Notes under the pieces: generated by a model | What the model saw: the letters and a program-made list of their open reading frames with translations, nothing else | Database searches by the model: none | Told to the model about the DNA's origin: nothing | Shown: one piece after another, positions 26,799 through 36,381 of the stretch | Layout: the number at the start of each line of letters is the position of its first letter | Position numbering within the stretch: position 1 is the first letter of the stretch | Source: Myxococcota bacterium | GTDB lineage: Bacteria > Myxococcota_A > UBA796 > SXON01 | Assembly (NCBI GenBank): GCA_040386535.1 | Contig: JAZKFH010000039.1 | Span: forward strand, 32,001 to 96,000 | DNA length: 64,000 nt | Direction: 5' to 3' | Program-made: the position numbers and the translations under genes

Positions 26799-27272
26799 AT
26801 GACGACTCCTCTCGTCGGCATCATCATGGGCAGCCGCTCCGACGCCGACACCATGCGCGCCGCGGCTGACGTGCTCGAAGAATTCGGCGTGCCCTACGAG
26901 TTCAGCGTCGTGAGCGCGCACCGCACGCCCGACCTGATGTTCGAGTACGCGGGCGCCGCGGCGGATCGTGGCCTCCGCGTCGTGATCGCCGGCGCGGGCG
27001 GCGCCGCCCACCTCCCGGGCATGGTCGCCGCCAAGACCCGGCTGCCGGTCATCGGCGTGCCGGTCCAGAGCAAGGCGCTCAACGGCCTGGACTCGCTCCT
27101 CTCCATCGTCCAGATGCCGCGCGGCATCCCCGTGGCCACGGTCGCGATCGGCGGCGCGGCCAACGCGGGCCTGCTCGCCGTGCGCATCCTCGCGCTGACG
27201 GACGCCGGGCTCGCCACCGCGCTCGACACGTTCCACGCCCGGCAGGCCCGCGAGGCGTTGGAGCCCGGATGA
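26799..27272 (+). CDS. purE: N5-carboxyaminoimidazole ribonucleotide mutase
   Basis: [34 protein letters not shown]. Confidence 0.97.
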   Translation: MTTPLVGIIMGSRSDADTMRAAADVLEEFGVPYEFSVVSAHRTPDLMFEYAGAAADRGLRVVIAGAGGAAHLPGMVAAKTRLPVIGVPVQSKALNGLDSLLSIVQMPRGIPVATVAIGGAANAGLLAVRILALTDAGLATALDTFHARQAREALEPG

Positions 27273-28450
27273 GCTCCGTAGCCCCCGTTGGCGCCTCCGT
27301 CGGCGCCCCCGCGCCCGTCATCCCGCCCGGCAGCACCATCGGCATCTTCGGCGGCGGCCAGCTCGGCCGCATGATCGCGATGAGCGCGCGGCAGCTCGGC
27401 TACGGCGTCGTCGTGCTCGACCCCGACGCGAACGGCCCCGCCGCGGGCCTCGCCGACCGCGTCATCCACGCCTCGTTCGAGGACACCGCGGCCGCGCGCC
27501 AGCTCGCCGACGCGTGCGACGTGGTCACCTACGAGTTCGAGAACGTCCCCGAGGCGACCGTGCGCGCCATCGAGGGGCGGGTGCCGGTGCGGCCCGACGC
27601 CGCGCTCCTCGGCGTCACGCAGGACCGTGTGCGCGAGCACGCCTTCCTGCATCGCCACGGCGTCCCCACCGCGCCCGGCTGCCCGGTGCGCACCCCCGAC
27701 GAGCTCGCCGCCGCCGTCCTCCGCTTCGGCTTTCCGTCGCGACTCAAGTCCGCGCGAGGCGGCTATGACGGGGGCGGGCAGCACCGCATCCGGAACGCCG
27801 CCGAGGCCGCCCTCGCCACCACCCTGCTCGACGGGCGGGAGTGGCTCTTCGAGCGTGACGTCGCCTTCACCGCCGAGGTGTCGGTCGTCGTGACCCGCGG
27901 GGTGGACGGCGCGGTGCGCACCTTCCCCGTCTTCGAGAACGAGCACGCCGACGGCATCCTCCGCCTCACCCGCGCGCCCGCCCGGGTCCCGCTCCCCGCC
28001 ACCGCCGGGGCCGAGGCGATCGCCCGCACCCTCGCCGAGGCCGCCGGGCTCGTCGGCACCCTCACCGTCGAGTGTTTCGTCACCGCGGAGGGCGTGCTGG
28101 TCAACGAGCTGGCGCCCCGCGTGCACAACTCGGGGCACCTCACCGTCGAGGCCTGCGCCACCTCGCAGTTCGAGCAGCACGTGCGCGCCATCTGCGGCCT
28201 CCCGCTGGGCGACACGGCGCTGCGCGCCCCCGCGGCGATGGTGAACCTCCTCGGCACGGTCGATCGTCGCCGCGCGCGGCTCACCGGCGCCGACATCGCC
28301 CTGGCCGTGCCCGACGTGCACCTGCACCTCTACGGCAAGGCCTCCGTGCGGCCGCGCCGCAAGATGGGCCACGTGACCGCGCTCGGCGCCACGATCGAAG
28401 AGGCGGTGGCGCGCGCGGAGCGGGCCGCCGGGGCGCTCGGCTTCGCGTAG
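27269..28450 (+). CDS. purK: N5-carboxyaminoimidazole ribonucleotide synthase
   Basis: [43 protein letters not shown]. Confidence 0.97.
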   Translation: MSSVAPVGASVGAPAPVIPPGSTIGIFGGGQLGRMIAMSARQLGYGVVVLDPDANGPAAGLADRVIHASFEDTAAARQLADACDVVTYEFENVPEATVRAIEGRVPVRPDAALLGVTQDRVREHAFLHRHGVPTAPGCPVRTPDELAAAVLRFGFPSRLKSARGGYDGGGQHRIRNAAEAALATTLLDGREWLFERDVAFTAEVSVVVTRGVDGAVRTFPVFENEHADGILRLTRAPARVPLPATAGAEAIARTLAEAAGLVGTLTVECFVTAEGVLVNELAPRVHNSGHLTVEACATSQFEQHVRAICGLPLGDTALRAPAAMVNLLGTVDRRRARLTGADIALAVPDVHLHLYGKASVRPRRKMGHVTALGATIEEAVARAERAAGALGFA

Positions 28451-28576
28451 TTTCCGGCGCCGTAGTCGCTTGAAACAAAAAGGAGCAATAACGTATGTAA
28501 GTCCTTGCCCGAGATGGCGTATGCAATGTGCGCCGCTGCGGTGGTTCGCCGCGGGTTGCAACGGGAGGACGTTCAC

Positions 28577-28828
28577 ATGCTCGAAAGAGACGAAGAAGAA
28601 GACGAGATCACGCACCGCCACGTGCCCTTCTCCGTAGCGGACGCCAATGATCGCCTCTCGTTCGCGGTCACCCGCGTGCTCGAAGGGGAGCTCGGCGAGG
28701 TCCGGCGCGCCATCGAGGCGCTCCCGGCCACCCATCCCCGCCGCCGGCTCCTGGTCTCGAGCCTGCACAAGGTGGTGGCGATGCTCCAGGATCTCCCGTC
28801 GATCCTGACGGTGCAAGCCCCGCGCTGA
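28577..28828 (+). CDS. Small hypothetical helical protein
   Basis: GGAGG RBS at 28564-28568, AT-rich upstream region. Confidence 0.5.
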   Translation: MLERDEEEDEITHRHVPFSVADANDRLSFAVTRVLEGELGEVRRAIEALPATHPRRRLLVSSLHKVVAMLQDLPSILTVQAPR

Positions 28829-28836
28829 TCCGGGCG

Positions 28837-30144
28837 CTACACGCTCGTCCCGCGGCCCTCTGGCACCACCACCCGCCGTAGCCGGACCAGCCGGATGCGT
28901 CGCGGCGTGGCCTCCACGATCTCCAGCTCCGCCCCCTCGACCTCAATGCGCTCTCCGGCCTGGGGGAGATGCCCTGCGCGCGCGATGCAGAGGCCCGCGA
29001 CGGTCGAGAAGTCGCCCTCCGGTAGGTCGATGCCGATCGCCCGATCGAGCTCGTGGAGGGGAAAGTCCCCCGCGATGAGCCAGCTGCCGTCGGGTTGCCG
29101 CGTGAGCCCCACGCGCGGTGCGTCGTTCTCGCTCATGATCTCGCCGACCAGCTCCTCGACCAGGTCCTCCATGGTCACGACGCCGACCAGCGTGCCCTGC
29201 TCGTCGATGACGAGCGCGAGCGACATCCGCTCGGACTGCAGCTTGCGGAGCAGCGCGGGCGCCGGCATCGAGTCGGGGACGAAGAGCACCGGGTGCACGA
29301 ACGACGCGAGCGCCCATCCGAGCGGCTCGGACACCGCGGCGGCAAGGGCTTCGCGCACGTTGACGAAGCCGACGATGTCGTCGGAATGCGCGTCGTACAC
29401 GGGGAGGCGGCCGTGGCCGCTCTCGCGGGCCACCCGGGCGACAGTCGAGGCGTCGGCCGACCGCTGCACCATCGCGATGCGCGCGCGTGGCACCATCACC
29501 GTGTACGCGTCGAGCGAGCTGAACTCGAGCGCCCGGGACGCGATCTCCCCGGCGTGCGGATCCACCGACCCCGTGGTCGTGGCCTCCTCCACCATCTGCT
29601 GGATCTCGTCGCGGGAGAGGCGGGACTCGGTGAAGGTGGTCTCGTCGCCGAACACCCGCAGCACGAGGTTCGAGACCCCGGTGAGCAGCGCCACGATTGG
29701 GCGGGCGGCCCACGCCAGCGCGGCGAGGGGGCGGCCGATGAACAACGCGTACGACTCGCCGGCGCGGAGCGCGAGGGACTTCGGCACCAGCTCGCCGAGC
29801 ACGAGCGAGAGCATCGAGACCGCGGCCACGACGAGCCCCAGCGCCAGCTTGTCGGCGACGCTCGCGAGGGCGGGGATGCGGGCGATGAGGGGCGCGAGGT
29901 CCTCGGCGACGGCGGCGCCGCCGAAGGCCGCCGCGGTGGCGCCCACGACGGTGATGCCGATCTGCACGGTCGCCAGGAACGACTCGGGGTTCTCCCGCAG
30001 GCGCATGACCGCGCGGGCGGCGCTGCTCCCTTCGTCCACCAGCTCGACGAGCCGCGTTTTCCGCAGCGACAGCACCGCGATCTCCGCGCCGGCGAACACG
30101 CCGTTGAGCAGCACGAGCGCGAAGATGATGGCGATCTCGAACAA
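28837..30144 (-). CDS. Hemolysin-family CNNM/DUF21-CBS-CorC protein
   Basis: NGVFAGAEIA, FLATVQIGIT, GELVPKSLA, VMVPR, VIDEQG...EDLVEELVGEI. Confidence 0.92.
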   Translation of the reverse strand: MFEIAIIFALVLLNGVFAGAEIAVLSLRKTRLVELVDEGSSAARAVMRLRENPESFLATVQIGITVVGATAAAFGGAAVAEDLAPLIARIPALASVADKLALGLVVAAVSMLSLVLGELVPKSLALRAGESYALFIGRPLAALAWAARPIVALLTGVSNLVLRVFGDETTFTESRLSRDEIQQMVEEATTTGSVDPHAGEIASRALEFSSLDAYTVMVPRARIAMVQRSADASTVARVARESGHGRLPVYDAHSDDIVGFVNVREALAAAVSEPLGWALASFVHPVLFVPDSMPAPALLRKLQSERMSLALVIDEQGTLVGVVTMEDLVEELVGEIMSENDAPRVGLTRQPDGSWLIAGDFPLHELDRAIGIDLPEGDFSTVAGLCIARAGHLPQAGERIEVEGAELEIVEATPRRIRLVRLRRVVVPEGRGTSV

Positions 30145-30227
30145 GGCGAGGCTCCGGTGGCGCCCCCTATCGCGATGCCATCCCCGGCGCGGCGACGCGA
30201 AACCGCCGACCACCCCCCAGCGCGGCG

Positions 30228-30656
30228 CTACCCGGCGGGCGTGAAGTAGAAGATCGGCCCGTCGAACGCCCCGCCGTCGGCCGCCCAGGCGCCGAGCATC
30301 ACGTCGCCGCCACACTTGGTGGTCAACACCGGCGCGTCGAGGATGACCCCCGCCAGGACCACGCTCCCATCGACGGAGTAGGCGTCCATGGTCGCGTGGC
30401 TGTAGTTGGTGTAGCAGTCCGTGTAGCGATCGCCCGCGTCATGGGCCACGAGGTCCCACTCCTCCACCGCCCCCTCGGCGTCGGTGAGCGACAGCAGCAG
30501 CGCCCCGGTGTCGATGGAGAGCACGCCGTCGACCGTGTCGGCGGTGCCCTCGGGCTCGGCCATGGCGAAGACGTAGTCGCCGTTGGGGACAGGCAGCACG
30601 TCTACGGTGCAGGCGGAGAGGAGCAGGAGGGCGAGGGGGAGCAGGGTGCGGGTCAT
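30228..30656 (-). CDS. Hypothetical lipoprotein
   Basis: Lipobox LSAC after MTRTLLPLALLL. Confidence 0.65.
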   Translation of the reverse strand: MTRTLLPLALLLLSACTVDVLPVPNGDYVFAMAEPEGTADTVDGVLSIDTGALLLSLTDAEGAVEEWDLVAHDAGDRYTDCYTNYSHATMDAYSVDGSVVLAGVILDAPVLTTKCGGDVMLGAWAADGGAFDGPIFYFTPAG

Positions 30657-30695
30657 GGGGGCCTCTGGCAACCTGGGAAGCAAGGGGCGTGCCAG

Positions 30696-32126
30696 CTACA
30701 GCTGGCCTACAGTGTATATTTTCATGGTGTTCGTGGCTCCGCGCATCGGAGTATTCCCGGCCAACGCCACGATCTCCTGCCCCCGCGTGATGAGCCCGCG
30801 GTCCAGCAGCGTCTGCTCGCCGAGCGCGATGAGCTCGTCGGTGGACGCGACCGAAGGCGAGCGGATCGGGGTCACGCCCCACGCGAGCGCGAGACGATCG
30901 TAGGTGGTCTGGTTGGGCGTGAGCGCGAAGATGGGGGCGGGCGGGCGGGACTTGCTCGCGTAGAGCGCGGTTGCGCCGGACCACGTGAACACCATCAACG
31001 GGCGCGAGATCTCGCGGACGGCGTAGCAGGCCGAACGCACGACCGTATGCGACGGGCCGGCGAGCACGGAGACCTCTTCGAGCGGGATGCGCATCCAGCG
31101 GCTGTTCTCGACCTCGCGGGCGATGCGGTCCATCGCCTCGACGGAGCGCACCGGGTAGCGGCCGGCCGCGGTCTCGCCGGAGAGCATGATGGCGTCGGTG
31201 CCGTCGATGATCGCGTTGGCGACGTCGGTGGTCTCGGCGCGGGTGGGCCGCGGGTTGCGCTCCATCGAGTCGAGCATCTGGGTGGCGGTGATGACGAGCA
31301 CGCCGGCCTTGTTGGCGGAGGCGATCAAGTCCTTCTGGATGACCGGCACGCGCTCGAAGCTCACCTCGACGCCGAGATCACCACGCGCGACCATGATGCC
31401 CTCGACCACGCCGAGGATCTCCTGGATATTGGCGACCGCCTGGGGCTTCTCGATCTTGGCGATGATGGGGAGGTCGGTCACCTCGAGCCGGCGCAGGTGC
31501 TCGCGCAGGATCAGCACGTCCGTCGCCTGGCTCACGAAGGAGAGCGCGACGAAGTCGACGCCGGCGCGCACGCCGGTCTCCAGGTCCTCGATGTCCTTCT
31601 CGGTGAGGCAGGGCGCGCTCACGGCCACGCCGGGCAGGTTGATGCCCTTGTGGCTGCCGAGCTCGCCGCCGTCCTCGATGCGGATGTCGACCTCGCCGGG
31701 GGTCAGCTCGCGGCGCACCGCCGCGACGTGGCCGGACAGGGCGCCGTCGGCGAACAGCACGTAGTCGCCCAGCGTCACGTCGCCGGCCATGCCGGTGTAC
31801 GTCGTGCCGATGCGGTTCCCGTCGGCCACGTAGTCCTCGTCCATCACGACGGTGATCACGTCCCCGGTGCGGAGCACGAGGGGCTTGGGGAGCGCGCCGG
31901 TGCGGATCTTGGGGCCCTGGAGATCGAGCAGGATGCCCGCGGCGCGGTCGAGCTTGGTCGCGGCGCGGCGGATGCGCGCCACGCCCTCGCGGATCCCGTC
32001 GGCACTCGCGTGCGAGCAGTTGATGCGGAAGACGTCGACCCCGGCGAGCAGGAGAGCGAGGATCTGTTCGGGCTCCCGCGAGGCGGGGCCCAGGGTGGCG
32101 ACGATCTTGGTTCGACGTGCGTGCAT
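30696..32126 (-). CDS. pyk: Pyruvate kinase
   Basis: TKIVATLGPAS, DLQGPKIR, IIAKIEK, MVARGDLGVE, ATQMLDSM, LSGETA. Confidence 0.97.
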   Translation of the reverse strand: MHARRTKIVATLGPASREPEQILALLLAGVDVFRINCSHASADGIREGVARIRRAATKLDRAAGILLDLQGPKIRTGALPKPLVLRTGDVITVVMDEDYVADGNRIGTTYTGMAGDVTLGDYVLFADGALSGHVAAVRRELTPGEVDIRIEDGGELGSHKGINLPGVAVSAPCLTEKDIEDLETGVRAGVDFVALSFVSQATDVLILREHLRRLEVTDLPIIAKIEKPQAVANIQEILGVVEGIMVARGDLGVEVSFERVPVIQKDLIASANKAGVLVITATQMLDSMERNPRPTRAETTDVANAIIDGTDAIMLSGETAAGRYPVRSVEAMDRIAREVENSRWMRIPLEEVSVLAGPSHTVVRSACYAVREISRPLMVFTWSGATALYASKSRPPAPIFALTPNQTTYDRLALAWGVTPIRSPSVASTDELIALGEQTLLDRGLITRGQEIVALAGNTPMRGATNTMKIYTVGQL

Positions 32127-32160
32127 GCGTCCTCGTGCGTTCCGGGGCATCTATCGGATC

Positions 32161-33861
32161 GTGCGCACGTCCATCGCTCCATCGCCCCATCGCGGCGCCG
32201 ATCTCCTGGAGGTGATCGAGGGCGCCCTCGTCCAGGAGGGGCACCTGCTCGCCGCCGGAGAGGGGGTGGTGCTCGAGCGGCTCCGCGCGATCGATCCGCC
32301 GGCGCGCGAGCTCTGGGCCCGCTTGTCGCTGCGCACGGGCGGCGCGAGCCCTTCGACGACACCTGCCGAATGCCCGGAAGGGGAGGGGACCGGCCCGCGG
32401 CTGCCCCCCGTGTTCCGCGTCGCGTCGCTGCGCTACGACCTCGACCTGGCCGCGGCCGTGGCGGCGCTCGTGGCCGCCGGGCTCGCGCACACCACGATCC
32501 CCGACGACCGGTGCGCTCCGGCGTTCGACGTCCCCGCGCTCCGGGCCGCCTGCGTGCGCCTCGGGCTCCCGACGGGCGGGGCGCGCGCCACCCTGGTGGA
32601 GCGGCTCCGCGGGCAGCGGTGGGTGAACGAGCCCGTCGTGATGCTGGCACACCTGGAGCTCGTCGGCCGTGCCGAGCTGCTCTACTTCCAGTCGCCCTAC
32701 GTGGACCGCACGAGCCTCGTGGTCGAGCGCCTCGGGCAGCTCCGGTGGCCCGCGTACGTGCCGACCGGCGGGCCCGGCCTGTTCCGCGACCGCGCCGCGC
32801 TGCGCACCTACGAACGCGCCCGCGCCGCCGCGTGGACCGACGCCGACGAGCCGCTCCGCATCGTGCTCGCCGCCGCGGGCGAGGACGGGCCCCGCGCGCC
32901 GCTCCGGCCCTGGCGCCGCGCGCTGGAGGCGGTCCTGGCGACCGACCCGCCCGCCGACGTGCTCGGCCGCCTCGTGGACGCGGGGGCGCCGATCCGCGCG
33001 GCGTGGGCGCTGCGCCTCGATCGGGAGGGGCGGCGCGCGGAGGCGTTGGCGGTGTGCCGCGCGGGGACTTCCGGCGTCGCGTCCGGTGGGGCCTCCGGCG
33101 GGGGCGACCGCGCGGCCGCCATCGCGCTGGAGCGCACCGGAAAGCGGCTTGCGCGCAGCCTCAACGAGGGCTGGGTGCCGCTCGACCCGCTCCGGACCGC
33201 CCCCACCCGCCGGCTCCGCCTCGCGCCCGGCCCGCGGGGCATCCGCCCGACCTGGATCGTCGACGGCGCCGCCGTGCCCGTCGAAGCCGCCGTGGTGCGG
33301 GTCCTCAACGCTGCCGGCCGCCAGGCCCACCACGGCGAAAACTGGCTGTGGACCTCGCTCTACGCGCTGGTCTTCCGCGACCTGTACTTCCTCCCCGTGC
33401 CCGGCATGCTCCCGACGGCGCGGCGCGACGGCCCCCTGGACGTCGGCACCCCCGGCTTCTACACGCGCCGCCGGGCCGAGATCGACGCGCGCCTGCACGC
33501 CCTCGCGACAGACGGTCCCGCGCCGTTCGTGGCCGGTTGGGACGGCGAGCGCCTCGCGGGGCTCTCCGCGGGCGAGGTCGTGCGCGGTTGGTCGGCCGCG
33601 ATCCCGGGCAAGACCGCGGCGGCGGTGCTCGGCCGGCTCGCGAAGGAGGGCTGGAGCGCCGCCCGCGGCCTCCCCGACCTTTATGTTTTTTCTGGGGTCG
33701 CCGGGCGGGTCGAGGGCGCGGTGCCCGCAAGGCTCGATCACGGCGATGCGCTCGTAGAGATCAAGGGACCGGGCGATTCGTTGCGCGACGAGCAGCGGGT
33801 CTGGCACGACAGGCTGCTCCAGGAGGGAATTGTCGTGGAGTTATGGGAGGTTGCGGGGTAG
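32161..33861 (+). CDS. VRR-NUC domain nuclease (FAN1-like)
   Basis: HGEN, GPLD, GLPDL, VEIKGPGDSLRDEQRVW; start uncertain. Confidence 0.85.
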   Translation: MRTSIAPSPHRGADLLEVIEGALVQEGHLLAAGEGVVLERLRAIDPPARELWARLSLRTGGASPSTTPAECPEGEGTGPRLPPVFRVASLRYDLDLAAAVAALVAAGLAHTTIPDDRCAPAFDVPALRAACVRLGLPTGGARATLVERLRGQRWVNEPVVMLAHLELVGRAELLYFQSPYVDRTSLVVERLGQLRWPAYVPTGGPGLFRDRAALRTYERARAAAWTDADEPLRIVLAAAGEDGPRAPLRPWRRALEAVLATDPPADVLGRLVDAGAPIRAAWALRLDREGRRAEALAVCRAGTSGVASGGASGGGDRAAAIALERTGKRLARSLNEGWVPLDPLRTAPTRRLRLAPGPRGIRPTWIVDGAAVPVEAAVVRVLNAAGRQAHHGENWLWTSLYALVFRDLYFLPVPGMLPTARRDGPLDVGTPGFYTRRRAEIDARLHALATDGPAPFVAGWDGERLAGLSAGEVVRGWSAAIPGKTAAAVLGRLAKEGWSAARGLPDLYVFSGVAGRVEGAVPARLDHGDALVEIKGPGDSLRDEQRVWHDRLLQEGIVVELWEVAG

Positions 33862-33918
33862 ATCCTCCAAACCGGATGAAAGGCAGCTTCAACGCCCACT
33901 CTTCGTGAGGGAGGGGGA

Positions 33919-33946
33919 TTGACACGTCAACGGGGGGTGGTAGGCT
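33919..33946 (+). promoter_or_regulatory. Sigma70-type promoter with a palindrome over the -35 element
   Basis: TTGACA-16 nt-TAGGCT with TG extension; TTGACACGTCAA near-palindrome. Confidence 0.6.
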
Positions 33947-34020
33947 GTGGGGGTGAGGTCTTCCCTGAAGGTTTCACGCAGTACAGGTCAGCGAACAGGA
34001 CCACCGGGAGGAGAAACCCC

Positions 34021-34284
34021 ATGCCGATCGCCAACGCCAGGAGCCGCGAACGGGTCGCGCGCAACTTCATCAAGACCTACGGGCGCGCGCGTTTTCGTCG
34101 CCTGCTCGAGGCGCTCGCCCGTGCGGAGAGCGGCCAGGTCGTCGCGGATGAGTTCGGCGTGAGCCGCGAGCGCGTCCGCCAGTGGAAGAACACGTTCGGC
34201 ACCGTCATCACGATGTACCAGGTGCACCCCGAGGTGGAGCGCCTCCTCGCCGAGCGCCGGCCGATGGCGGTCGCGGCGGGGTAG
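34021..34284 (+). CDS. Small HTH protein resembling sigma70 region 4.2
   Basis: VADEFGVSRERVRQW; GGAGGAG RBS. Confidence 0.75.
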   Translation: MPIANARSRERVARNFIKTYGRARFRRLLEALARAESGQVVADEFGVSRERVRQWKNTFGTVITMYQVHPEVERLLAERRPMAVAAG

Positions 34285-34432
34285 TCCGGGTTCCACGCGG
34301 GACCGAAGGGGCTCGAGCAGCGCCGCGCCACGGTGCCCGGCGCCCGAGCGCGCCGACCGCGGCGCCTGAGCACGCGGACCGCACGCCGACCGCGGCGCAC
34401 CGGGTTACCCGCGAGCTTTCTCGGAGGTCCTC

Positions 34433-35689
34433 ATGTCCCGTCGTGTCTTCCTGGTCGGTGGCGCCAACACCCCGTTCGTCGGCAAGGGTCACCCCGATTT
34501 CATCTGGAAGAACCACCCCGAGTTCGGCAAGCGCGACAACCCGGGCCTGGAAGAGACGCTCCAGAGCGCCGTCGAGGCGTGCTTCGCGGTGACCGGCGTG
34601 GATCCCGAGCGGATCGACAAGGGCTACATCGGCAACTTCGTCGGCGAGCTCTTCTCCAAGCAGGGGCACCTCGGCGCTGCGCTCGCGGGCAGCCACCCGG
34701 CGCTCGCCGGCAAGCCGATGACCCGCACCGAGGGCGCCTGCGCATCCGGCGGCCTCGCGCTCCTCTGCGCGATCGACGCGATCCGCGCCGGCTACGACAC
34801 GGTCCTCGTGGCCGGGGTCGAGATCCAGTCGAACGAGAGCGCCCGCACCGGCGCCGACTACCTCGCGCGCGCCTCGCACTACAAGCGCCAGCGCTCCATC
34901 GACGACTTCACGTTCCCCGCGCTCTTCGGCCGCCGCACCAAGATCTACCGCGAGCGCTACGGCGTCTCGGAAGAGGACATCGGTCGCGTCGCGGTCAAGG
35001 CCTACGGCAACGCGAACAAGAACCCCCTCGCGCACATGAAGGCGCGCAAGATGGACCTCGACACGGCCGCCGCGTCGAGCGAGAAGAACCCCTGCTTCCT
35101 GCAGAACGCCGAGTACGCGCCCTACATCAAGATGTCGGACTGCTCGCAGGTGAGCGACGGCGGCTCGGCCGCGATCGTCGTGAGTGAAGAGGGCCTCCGC
35201 GCGATGGGCAAGACCCCGTCCGACGCCGTCGAGATCCTCGGGTACGGCCACTCCACCGCCTCGTTGTACGAGGACGGGGATCTGACCCAGCTCCACACCA
35301 CCACCGCCGCCGCGAACAAGGCGTACGCCGCCGCCGGCATCACCGCCGCCGACGTGGGCGTGGCCGAGGTGCACGACTGCTTCACCGTCACCGAGCTGCT
35401 CATGTACGAGGCGCTCGGCTTCGCCAAGCCGGGCGAGGGCGGGCAGCTCGCGCGTGAAGGCGTGACCGACATCGGCGGGCGCCTGCCGGTCAACACCGGC
35501 GGCGGGCTCATCGGCTTCGGGCATCCCGTGGGCGCGACGGGTGTCAAGCAGGTGGTGGAGCTGTTCCGCCAGCTCAAGGGCCAGGCCGGCCCCTACCAGG
35601 TGTCGAACGCGCCGCGGCACGCGGTGGCCGCCAACATGGGCGGAGACGACCGTACGTCCGTCGTCACCGTTCTCCGCAACATCGAATAG
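34433..35689 (+). CDS. SCP2-type thiolase (acetyl-CoA acyltransferase)
   Basis: EGACASG, HDCF, GHPVGATG, NMGG. Confidence 0.92.
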   Translation: MSRRVFLVGGANTPFVGKGHPDFIWKNHPEFGKRDNPGLEETLQSAVEACFAVTGVDPERIDKGYIGNFVGELFSKQGHLGAALAGSHPALAGKPMTRTEGACASGGLALLCAIDAIRAGYDTVLVAGVEIQSNESARTGADYLARASHYKRQRSIDDFTFPALFGRRTKIYRERYGVSEEDIGRVAVKAYGNANKNPLAHMKARKMDLDTAAASSEKNPCFLQNAEYAPYIKMSDCSQVSDGGSAAIVVSEEGLRAMGKTPSDAVEILGYGHSTASLYEDGDLTQLHTTTAAANKAYAAAGITAADVGVAEVHDCFTVTELLMYEALGFAKPGEGGQLAREGVTDIGGRLPVNTGGGLIGFGHPVGATGVKQVVELFRQLKGQAGPYQVSNAPRHAVAANMGGDDRTSVVTVLRNIE

Positions 35690-35718
35690 CTGTCCGTCCC
35701 CGGCGTAGGCCTGGGGCG

Positions 35719-36324
35719 ATGGAGGTCCGGATGAAGACTTGGCTCCCCTACGTGGTCGCGGCGGTGCTCGGGATCGGCGTGGCCCTGCTCGCCTTCGGGC
35801 CGGGCATGGGTGGTGGTGGTTCCTCCACCGAGGGCCCCGACGGGGTCGCGAAGGTCGAGAAGAAGGTCCAGACCGTCGACCAGCTCCGCTACGAGCGCAG
35901 CTCCGCAGAGGTGGTGGCCGACGCGACGGCCAACCCGCCCCCGCCGCCGGGCACCCTCCGGCCGCAGAACAAGGCCGAGATCGAGCACGCGGCCAAGCTC
36001 GCGCGCCCCTTCAACAAGCACAACAACCACGTCAGCGCGTTCTGGAAGCGGGCCGCCCAGCTCGTCTCCGATCCGGAGCTGGCGGCGGAGTGCGGGGCGA
36101 TGTCGCGCTACCTGCGTGACCAGGCCTCCCTGGCGGACGACTCGATCGACATCGCCGGCACCGTCGCCAAGGAGCAGGAGCTCTCGAAGAAGGTGCGCGC
36201 CGCGGCGAACGGCAACGCCGACCTCGTCGGGATCGTCGACTACATCGACGCCTCGACCCAGGCCGTGCTCGACGGGGTCGATCCGACCACGGTCCCCAAG
36301 CCGGGCCAGACCGCGGCGCAGTAG
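35719..36324 (+). CDS. Hypothetical N-terminally membrane-anchored protein
   Basis: One TM helix then helical domain; alternative start at 35731. Confidence 0.65.
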   Translation: MEVRMKTWLPYVVAAVLGIGVALLAFGPGMGGGGSSTEGPDGVAKVEKKVQTVDQLRYERSSAEVVADATANPPPPPGTLRPQNKAEIEHAAKLARPFNKHNNHVSAFWKRAAQLVSDPELAAECGAMSRYLRDQASLADDSIDIAGTVAKEQELSKKVRAAANGNADLVGIVDYIDASTQAVLDGVDPTTVPKPGQTAAQ

Positions 36325-36330
36325 GGGCCG

Positions 36331-36367
36331 GCCCCGCCCGCCGGCACGTGGCCGAGCGAGGCGGGGC
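36331..36367. terminator. GC-rich hairpin between convergent genes
   Basis: GCCCCGCC...GGCGGGGC arms with inner CGC-CGGC/GCCG-GCG pairing; no U-tract. Confidence 0.35.
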
Positions 36368-36381
36368 TCCCTGGAACGCTC

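Noticed and set aside
28515..28531. Possible sigma54 promoter (TGGCGT...TGTGC)
   Set aside because: GG-to-GC spacing is not the required 10 nt
34339..34400. 15-bp direct repeat CGCCGACCGCGGCGC (34351, 34384) upstream of the thiolase
   Set aside because: Only two copies, nearly all G/C; could be chance or a small local duplication
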